Notes under the pieces: model-generated
What the model saw: only the letters and a program-made list of their open reading frames with translations
The model's database searches: none
What the model was told of the DNA's origin: nothing
Shown here: positions 54,968 through 64,000 of the stretch, in pieces
Layout: each line of letters begins with the position of its first letter
How positions within the stretch are numbered: position 1 is the first letter of the stretch
NCBI RefSeq assembly: GCF_009914755.1
Contig: NC_060933.1
Reading direction: 5' to 3' (one strand)
Length of the DNA: 64,000 nucleotides
Source: the human T2T-CHM13v2.0 reference genome, Homo sapiens
Translations under genes and position numbers: made by a program

Positions 54968-55712
54968 TGTGGTACAGCATGCAGGTCACCCTTTCAGGAT
55001 AGAGGCACTCATTCCACCATCTCTCATTCTAGGAAATTGCCTTTGACTGAAGGGAAACTGCATTGCCTAGGTCATACCCCCTTGTTCCCTGGGTAGGGAA
55101 GGATTGATTGATGAAATGATACAAAGGCATGACCCTTTCTGATATGGTTTGGCTGCGTCCCCACCCAAATCTCATCTTGATTCCCATGTGATGTGAGAGG
55201 GACCTGGTGGGAGATAATTGAATCATGGGGGCAAGTCTTTCCCCTGCTGTTCTTGTGACAGTAAGTCTCACGAGATTGGATCGTTTTATAAAGAGGAGTT
55301 TTCCTGCATGAGTTCTCTCTTCTCTTTGCCTTCTATCATCCATGTAAGATGTGGCTTGCTCCTCCTTGACTTCCACCATGATTGAGAGGCCTCCCCAGCC
55401 ACATGGACCTGTAAGTCCATTAAACCCTTTTCCTGTATAAATTACCCAGTTTCAGGCATGTCTTTATCAGCAGCATGAAAACAGATTAATGCAAGCTCTT
55501 TCCTTCATTTGAGCCATGTCTGAAGGGTCAGAACCCCCACTGAGATCAGTTGAGGCCTTGGTTTCAACTTCATAACAGTCCAAATTTTGAATTTGTCCAA
55601 TCCTGTTTCTTTTGATCCTTTCCAGATGCTTTAGACAACGGCCCTCCCTGATAAAATTTGTGCATGCAAATCTCCATTCTCTAGTGTTTCCTGGGAAACC
55701 CTACCTAAAACA
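54968..55712 (+). mobile_element. LTR16C-like ERVL LTR split by THE1B
   Basis: tgtggtacagc...ttgaggccttg...tgcatgcaaatctccattctctagtgtttcctgggaaaccctacctaaaaca. Confidence 0.72.
55140..55493 (+). mobile_element. THE1B solo LTR
   Basis: tgatatggtttggctgcgtccccacccaaatctcatc...cagcagcatgaaaacagattaatgca. Confidence 0.93.
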
Positions 55713-57299
55713 TGTTGGGAAAAAAAACTATTATTATCAGGGTGAGTCACTGCATCTAATTCTAATGAGACCAAATGAATCTTAAATAAGTAATCAAAAA
55801 ATAGTTTTAATGAAATTTCTGCATTTAACATGACAATTGTCTATGATTTCATGGGTGACTGTTATTTTGAGAACCAATTGTCCAGTAATGTTATACTATA
55901 GTAAAACAAAAGAACTACAGAAATAAAATCACTATAAGACTTAAAATGCTGATACGACATCAAATGGTTGTTTGAAATGTTCCTTTAAAGACATTTTTGT
56001 ATCTTTAATAAAGAAATGTTCGTTGGAATAAAAAATTTAAAGGAAGCGTTTTCTGAACAACCCCGTCTTCCTTGATTTCCCTTAGATGATTCCAGTCTAC
56101 ATGAATTTGCTTAGTATTTTACTATAGACTAGAGACTTAGGAATTGACATCAAGTGCTTTAAAAATGCAATAGAAAAAAATAGAGTAAAATCAATAATAG
56201 TGTGAAGAATGACTTCAACAGCTTGTATTTTCACAGTGGTCATCAAAAAGTAATTTTATATCCAATAATCTGTATTGATTGTTTGTGAAACTGCAATGCA
56301 TTATACCATAGGACTGGTTGTGCAGTTATAAATATATGTACCATTTTGTTGATCTTTTTTTTTTCTTATTGAGTTTCATTTTCTCTAAAAGGGATCTTAT
56401 TCTGTAGTGTTTATATGTGGAGGCAAGATTCAGAACTATGACTATTAATTCTAATACCTTCAGCCACGTAATTGGAACTCTCTTTTTGGGCTTTTGGAGA
56501 ACAAGGAAAAAACGTGAAATATGATACAATTCAAGAGAAAATTTTTTGAAGTCACCTATATTGTACTTACCAACTACCATGACTTCTCCAGGGCCTTATA
56601 CTGAAATATTTCGTGAAAAGTAATTAAAAGCCAAAAGATGCATACTTTAGGACGTAATCAGCATAAAACCTCTCAATATATCTAGAATTTGTATACTGGA
56701 TAAATATTATCCCACCAAACTTCTATATTATGGGACTATTTTTATAGGTAGGGCTCCTTTATAATTTTCTCTTTTCTTCTTTTAGTGACACTTTCTGGAA
56801 TGGAAATGGTAATCTGAAAAGGTTTAGTTGATTTACTTATTCAGGTGCCAAAGCAAGACAGACCTGATAATCCTCACATGGACTTGCATTGGTGGAATAA
56901 ATACTGATTCCATGAGGAATCTTAGCTGATTGCCGCAGTGGGTATTTATATCAATTTGGAGGGAGAAGCTGGAAAGACTTGAATTAATGTGAATACCACT
57001 AATAATAATAAGGTGATAAAATTGCATCAAGTGCAGAAGATGAGGACAATAGCTTGTGAGGATTTTTCACCAGTTTGCTGCACGATGTGTAAGAGAAAGT
57101 CTCTTCTGTTTCCATTCCCATACATTTCTCAATACTGGTATGAAATGAGAATGGATCCAAGCTGGAGAATGAATGAGTAAAGGAGCTGAGTTCGGATTCA
57201 GAGTCTCAGAGTAAACAAGGAAGTAAAGCAACTGCATATGGGAAGCTGATATCTGATTTACAGAAGGAGGAAAGATTTTGAAAGCGTAGGGGTTTAACC

Positions 57300-57432
57300 A
57301 TATATGGCCTTTAACTGTAGCTCTAGCGTTTACTGTTTGTGTGAACTTGAGCAGCTTACTCAACTTCTTTGAACCTCAATTTCCTCATGTAAAAATAAAG
57401 ATTGCTGTTGTTAGGATTTAATGAAAATATGT
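57300..57432 (+). mobile_element. MIR
   Basis: tgtgtgaacttgagcagcttactcaacttctttgaacctcaatttcctcatgtaaaa. Confidence 0.8.
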
Positions 57433-57435
57433 ATT

Positions 57436-57855
57436 TATTTATTCAACAACTACCTATCTAAAATTGTTGTATGTCCTAGTTGCATAGCAGTGTACAAAAT
57501 AGAAGTTCCCTACCCTTAAGAAGAAGACAGATAATAAGTTAACAAACACATAACATAATTACAGATTGTATTGATAAAAATATGATGAGTGATAGATCCA
57601 AGGTGATATGATAAAGGCGCCCTGCTTTAGAGAAGGAATGTGTCTTAGGTGAATTCCAAATGAGCCTTTTCTCAGTTGACATTTTGGTTTAAACGTGGCT
57701 AGTGAGAAGCCAGCTATTGAAAAGCCTGGAGAAAAGTATTTTAGGCAAAATTAACAGCAAATGCAAAGGCACTAGAATGCAAGTAAGCTGAGTGTGGAGA
57801 ATAAAAATGGCTAGAGCATTTTGTGAAAGGTAGAATGTGGTCTCAGATGAAGCTT
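57436..57855 (-). mobile_element. L2a 3' fragment
   Basis: ttattcaacaactacct...taggcaaaattaacagcaaatgcaaaggcactag. Confidence 0.7.
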
Positions 57856-58520
57856 TTGATCAGCATACAATAGCAGTACCTATTGAAATGTTATGCTATT
57901 CGTTGAAGCTCTAAAACTACTTCTATTACAATTGTATTGGAGAATTGATCTAATGTTGGCAGGATATTATTGAATTTAGTAGTAGTTTAATGAATAAATT
58001 GCTTGACTAGCTGCAGTATATTGAGTTTTAATTCACAAACTTACAGCTGACTTCCTATCTGAACTTGTGAAAATTATATAATCTCAGCCTCAATATCGGT
58101 GATTCCTTACATTTACACCTGACGATTTTCGTAAGGCTATTGTGATTATTTATGTTGGAGACTTTATAACTAATTAACCCTGTATAGATAGATGCAATGC
58201 ATATCACATCAGATAATAAGGATATGTTGTGAGTTGCGAACCATCAATGTAAATATTTGCTAGTTTGTAGTTAATTTCATTTGTTCTGAAAGTTAAGAAT
58301 ACCGTAACAGTTTAATTATTTGTTTAATTTGTAATTTATATTTACCACTTTCCAAAGTGCTACAATTCCTAGTGTGGTAGAGTCAATATTAATGTGTAAA
58401 GTATCTATAATAACACAAAAAACTCCTAATGAAAACAGAGAGGTATCACACAATTATTAGAATGTTTTGAGATATTCACATTGTGTCAAGGACTATTGAA
58501 GGATCTGAGATTTAACCCTA

Positions 58521-58901
58521 TGCTACAGACTGAATTGTGTTCTCCCAATTTGTATGTCAAATCCCTAACTCCCAATGTGCCTTTATATTGATATAAGGTC
58601 TTTAAGGCAGTAATTAAGGTTAAATGAGGTCATCAGGGTACAGCCCCAATCTGTTAGAAGTGTTGGTCTTATAAAAATAAGATGAGACCTCAGAATTGCC
58701 CACATGCAGATAAAAGGCCACATGAAGACACATGGAAAAGACAGCTATCTCTAAGCCAAGGAGAAAGGCCTCACCAGAAACCAACCCTGCCAACACCTTA
58801 ATCTTGTACCTCTATCCTCCAGAACTGTAAGAAGACACATTTCCATTATTGAACATTCTGTTGTTGCTATTTTATTTTGGCAACCCTAGTGGAATAATAC
58901 A
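58521..58901 (+). mobile_element. MLT1A/B solo LTR
   Basis: tgctacagactgaattgtg...ggcctcaccagaaaccaaccctgcc...aataataca; perfect 5-bp TSD cccta at 58516-58520 and 58902-58906. Confidence 0.9.
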
Positions 58902-58922
58902 CCCTATTTTCAGGCTAACAAG

Positions 58923-59652
58923 TGAGGATTAAGCTCTGATTTTTGTATCTTGCCCAAATTCGTATCTAAGGGGTCTAGGGAATCATGCCCTACAAACTAT
59001 AAATTTTCATCAGATGGGTTTTGTTTGACCCTATGTATCATGACTTACTTTTCAATCTGACTCTGGCATAACATTATGAGACAAGGAAAAAAATCAAAAT
59101 ATTTAATCCCAAAATATATTTCCTTGCCATACCTTGAAATTGTCCTGCTAAGTCTCTTGTGGGAAAAATCCACATTCCATAAAGAATCACTTTTTCCCTT
59201 TGTTTTTCTTCCTTCCTTTCCCATTGAAGGAGATAATCAACTAAGAGCCAGGCACCCTTTTAGGTCGGCTATCTGAGAGCTTCCTCTGCACGATAAAACC
59301 TGGTCTCCACAATCCTTTATCTTAACCTGAACATTTCCTTTCTGTTGATCCCAGGTCTTCAGATAAACTCAACCAATTGTCAACCAGAAAAATGTTTAAA
59401 TTTACCCATAGGCTGGAAGCCCCTGCTTTGAGTTGTCCCGCGTTTCTGAACCAAACTAATGTATTTTTTAAATGTATTTGATTGATATCTCATGCCTCCC
59501 TAAAATATGTAAAACCAAGCTGTACCCCGACCACCTTGGGCACACGTTCTCAGGACCTCCTGAGGGCCGTGTCACGGGCCATGATCACTCATATTTGGCT
59601 CAGAATAAATCTCTAAAAATATTTGTACGGAGTTTGGCTCTTTTTGCCAACA
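58923..59652 (+). mobile_element. MER4-family (D/E-like) ERV1 solo LTR
   Basis: tgaggattaagctctgattttt...tttggctcagaataaatctct...gccaaca; perfect 4-bp TSD caag at 58919-58922 and 59653-59656. Confidence 0.9.
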
Positions 59653-60552
59653 CAAGTTACTGAATACACACTGTTCTGTGGATAAGGGTAGAAGCCAAAA
59701 GATCTTTGGATCAGAGAAAGGCCTTTATCATTAACAAAAATAACAGTAGAAAGACTATTAGTATATATTTTTTTACCCTGGTTCTCTGAACCCATTTTCC
59801 AAAGAATGAGACAAAGAGGGCCAAGAAATATCTGTTACATACATGAGTTGCATTATAGCAGGGGAACCTTGAGCTAAGAGAAACAGAATTTTATAATGGA
59901 ATAAGGATGCCTTACCTTTGCCCTGGATGCTGTAATTAAACCAGTTCTGTTTTTTTAGAGGGAAAGACTATATCTTCCAAGGCCATTTACCACTATACAC
60001 ACGTTCTTCAAAAGAGAGTCTGGAACAAGGGCAATCAAGGTCTCTACTTGCAAGTGTATAAAAATGTGAGAATCCATTGGAGAATTACTCTTAACACGTA
60101 GTTGCTCTTGTAAAAAACAAACAAAACTCAGTGTTTCAGGAAAGTTTTATTCAAAGCTATATTCAAAGAGAACCTTCATTGAAGAATCTAGTAATTATTT
60201 AATGAAAGATAATCAACAATTTTCATCTTGAATATCTGATGTTTATTATAATTTAAGTCAAATTATTTTTTATATTGACTAGTTCTCTAAATTAAAATGC
60301 TTCTTTCCAAGTACAGTAAGTTTGGATTTATTAGGTACATATTATTGATAAATTTTAAGGTCAGATAACTAAGTTGATGAGGATAGTCATCTGGAGTCCT
60401 GACATATTTTTTTCCTTACCTCCATTATATAGTTATTACTGGTTACTTTCAATGATTTCAAGGAGTCAGTTACAATTTGTAAGACTTCTTTCTTCCTCCC
60501 ATACCTTCAAGGATAGTCTTCCCAGAAATTGATGAAATATATTGATTCATTC

Positions 60553-61765
60553 TGATGCAGGATTTTTCTCCACCCCTTCGTTGGACTTGTGATGGAGTTG
60601 TCCCGTTTACTTGGCCTGTTGTGATTTATCCCTTGTGGGAGGGAGCCAGTGAGTGAGAGAGGGCAGGAACTAGACAGCCGTTTTGGGCCCCAGCAGGAGC
60701 AAGCCTCCGGTGGGCCCCATGTCAGCACCCAGGTTGGGGTGCCTGTGACCCCTGAAGCCCCACTGGGTGTGTTACAATGCTCTCTTACCTCTGCCATCCA
60801 TGGATAGCGGTGTGTTATCAGCTCAGTGGGCTCCTTGCCTCGTCACAAGAGGCGGCTGCCTTCCACCAGCGAGAGCAAAGGGCCAATGTGACACCCTTTT
60901 TTGATTACTTGCACTCCGTGGGTCCTGAGCTCTTGTCAGGCATCCAAGAAAAATGAGGTCACGCAACACTTGAATGATGGTGAAGGCAGAGAATTTTATT
61001 AAGCGATGGAAATGGCTCTCAGTGGAGCAGGGGTGGCTGCTGAGGGGACTGGAGGGCAGGTAATCTTCGCCTGAAGTCTGGCCGCCTCTGGCCAGCTCTT
61101 CTCTGAAGTCAAGCCGTCTCTCCCAAGTTAAGCCGTCTCTTCTCCGAAGTCCTGCCGTCCATCTGAAGTCAAGTCACCTCTCAAATCAAGCCACTTCTCT
61201 CTCTATTAACTGAGTCTGTGGTCTTTTTAGGCACAGGATGGGGGGCAGGGCAGACCATGGGTAGTTTTGCAAAAGGCAACATTTGATTGGTAAAAATACA
61301 TTATTCAGAAAGAACAAATCAGAAGGCAGCAGGCACACAGGGATAGAAGTTCTCACTTTGGGCCGGGCATGATGGCTCATGCCTTTAATCCCAGCACTTT
61401 GGGAAGCTGAAGCGGGTGGATCACGAGGTCAGGAGTTCAAGACCAGACTGGCCAAGATGGTGAGACCCCATCTCTACTAAAAATACAAAAAATTAGCCAG
61501 GCGTGGTGACAGGCACCTGTAATCCCAGCTATTTGGGAGGCTGAGGCAGAGAATTGCTTGAAACCGGGAGGCAGAGGTTGCAGTGAGCCGAGATGGTGCC
61601 TCTGTACTCCAGCCTGGGTCACAGAGCGAGACTCTGTCTGAAAGAAAAAAAAAAAAAAAAGTTCTCACTTTGGGCTGCAGATTGCCGGCTTTTTGCTGGA
61701 AGATGGGGTTTCACTGGGGACCCACCCCCATCTGCCTAGAATTTCTCTGCCTCCTGCCTCTATCA
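60553..61765 (-). mobile_element. MER52/LTR27/LTR28-group ERV1 solo LTR
   Basis: tgatgcaggatttttc...ctgcctcctgcctctatca; GC-rich; internal gaagtcaagccgtctc repeats; TSD attc/actc. Confidence 0.82.
61361..61658 (+). mobile_element. AluSg-like, nested in the ERV1 LTR
   Basis: Perfect 14-bp TSD aagttctcactttg at 61347-61360 and 61659-61672. Confidence 0.96.
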
Positions 61766-62829
61766 ACTCCTTCTGAACATGTTCTGTACTCGTTCCACCT
61801 ATAGAGACTATGTTAAAGCAAATTAGGTAACTTCCTTTTTAATAAATTCTGAAATGCTGCTGATTAAAAGCCAAATCTATTATGTAAAATTATTTTTTTA
61901 AATCCTAAATGAATGGCAACAGGCTTTAAGGCCAGACTTTCTAGAGTTCTAAGAGGCTTCATTCCTAAATGAATTTTTATTCTAAATCCCACAATAAGCT
62001 TTATCTTTGAGATATTACTGTGACTCTGCATAAAATACTGCTTTCAGGAAAGGACCCTGGCACAGTTTTAACTTTGGAAATAATATGTGTTCTCTTCTGA
62101 AGTCAGCCACAGTAGGATTTGTGGTGACTCACTGGAGGAGCATATTAAGGTAGATCCATTAGCATCACCATTAAACAGGAGATTAAGCTAGGCTGTATCA
62201 TTCAGTATCCTCACATCACTATTACGTTTGTTTAAGCAGCAAGTCTATTAGCTATAAAGCTTCATATTTAAGTGTAAAGCACAAAATACTCCAGCAAGAA
62301 CAACAGAAAAGCCACTTGCAAGTACAAATTGACACAATGCTTTTAACTTTTATTTGTACTTAAAAAAACTTTCTTAAGCTCACCTTGCCTCACCCCCTTA
62401 TTTCCACTGTCAGCTAACCACAAATCTTTTTCAAATCAACATCTCAGCTCTCACCAAATTAATTATTTAGGTTCAGATAAAAATTTTATTTACACCATTT
62501 TTGTTCATTCATTCTTCAGGTGTTTTTAATCTCTCAGTGTAAAACATTTCTAAACACAGTAAAGCCCAGAACTTCTCTGGCATTTCTATTACTTTCTCTG
62601 AGAACAGTCTTCAACTTGTTATTTATGAAGGTTTTTTTTTATATCACTACTTTATATTTCAATCAACCAGTCTAGTGATTTTATCTTAAATTAGTATCAT
62701 TCAAACAGTTTAAATGTCAAAGGCCAAGTTTAACCAAGGAAGAAAACATCCTTTAGAGTTATTACTGTACCACTTCAAAAAAAGTATTAAGAAAATCATC
62801 TATAGAAATTAAGATAAAATAATGGAAAT

Positions 62830-63000
62830 CAGGGCCAGTTACATGAGTATGGGACCTGTTCAGTCACACGACCCAAGCTTAAATAAGCCCCACACATGAT
62901 TTAATATTTGGCTTTTCCCATATTGAAATTCTTAATTTTTGAAAAGGGGCCCTATGTTTTCATTTTGCACTGGACCTCATAGATTATTTAGCCAGTCCTG
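62830..63000 (+). mobile_element. MER45A (hAT-Tip100 MITE)
   Basis: cagggccagtt...ttgaaattcttaatttttgaaaaggggccc...ttttcattttgcactgg...tagccagtcctg; cagg/cctg termini. Confidence 0.85.
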
Positions 63001-64000
63001 GTTATATTTTATGATGCATGTATGATTTTATTTCCACTCTAATTTATCTTCCAAGTAGCTATAATAGCATGCACTAGCTCATGCAGCTAACTTACCCCAG
63101 GTACAGGGGTGTGAAGATTTTTCTGTTTGTGTGGATGATAAGGTCATTCTTTCTTATTCCAGTGTTTATATTTAAATGGGTAGAGAGTGAACTGGATTGA
63201 CCTTTGGACAAAGATTCAGTCACAAAAGACATTTTTTAAAAAGAAAACTATTTCTTTAAATAATTTATATATATATGAAAAAACATATATATAACATATG
63301 TATATAATACTGAACTGTAATTAAGAGCACTTTAACCGAGATAGAATTTGTATACTTATAAATAAGAATTGTAATATATTTAAAAGCTAAGCAGAGTGAA
63401 GATACAATCTAAAATGCATTGTCATAGTTTGACACAAAATCATATAAATTAGAAAAATCAATGCAGAAGTTAGTCAGGAAATGCAGATAAAGACCAGACA
63501 CAGGAAAATGATCTTAAAGTGCAATATAAGATTCTTCATTAGGCATGCGGCTTATGTCTGTGCATCATTGGTATTTTGGAAAGGATGTCATATTTCCTCC
63601 CTTTTTATTTGTTTTAAGTTTGGAACCTAGAACACTCTAGGTGGCAATGGCTCCTGTAGGCCTGCAAACTTTCTGCTCTTCCCAAGGCAAAGGGAGGTTG
63701 CTGAACTGCCAAGCTCCTATCACAACTTTTCCTGTTTCTTTATATTCTCTAGTGTCTCCAAAGATTGCTTTAGCATTCTGCCACACTCAGCATCCACAGA
63801 AAACTTAGGTGGGAAAAAACCAAAGTAAAGAGTTAGAGATGATTAAACTTTAACGTCTTAGTGCTTAATTCTGATCATCCTGTCCTGAATTCATTAAGGT
63901 ATCAGCACGTGGGCCAATACTTGTTTACGTAATGGTTAAAATATTCCAACTGTTTGAAGGTTCAAGAATAGATCAAGAAAAGCCCAAGAGGCCACTTCTA

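Larger units (their letters stand above)
58484..60096. mobile_element. Host ERVL LTR (MER54/MER74/LTR53 group) split by two solo LTRs
   Basis: gaaggatctgagatttaacccta | ttttcaggctaacaag | ttac... continuing to tatcttccaaggcc...tggagaattactcttaaca. Confidence 0.65.

Noticed and set aside
61090-61200. Tandem gaagtcaagccgtctc-like units
   Set aside because: They appear intrinsic to the MER52/LTR27/LTR28 LTR family.

Overview
AT-rich, CpG-poor primate (human-like) genomic DNA that reads as intergenic or deep-intronic. I find no credible protein-coding exon, RNA gene, CpG island or processed pseudogene. The ORF track is explained by Alu, L1 and MaLR fragments, low-complexity repeats and chance. 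A large share of the window is interspersed repeat: 11 Alus or Alu fragments, many L1 pieces from old L1M to L1PA, LTR elements (MLT2A, THE1B, THE1D, MLT1, LTR16, LTR33, MER4, MER52-like, MER54/MER74-like), hAT DNA transposons (a Zaphod-like transposase relic, MER45A, MER5A), plus MIR, L2 and microsatellites. Family names come from my recollection of consensus sequences and need RepeatMasker/Dfam confirmation. I cannot support a new gene system here. The most interesting signals are atypical integration and repair scars: two tailless internal retroelement fragments with TSD-like flanks (L1PA 35203-35737; THE1D 43960-45034), a palindrome-rich triplication of an L1PB 3' end (47413-47731), an Alu+L1 composite inside one TSD, two mosaic Alus, a dispersed hairpin-bearing duplication (51445/52916) and a nested LTR stack (58484-60096).
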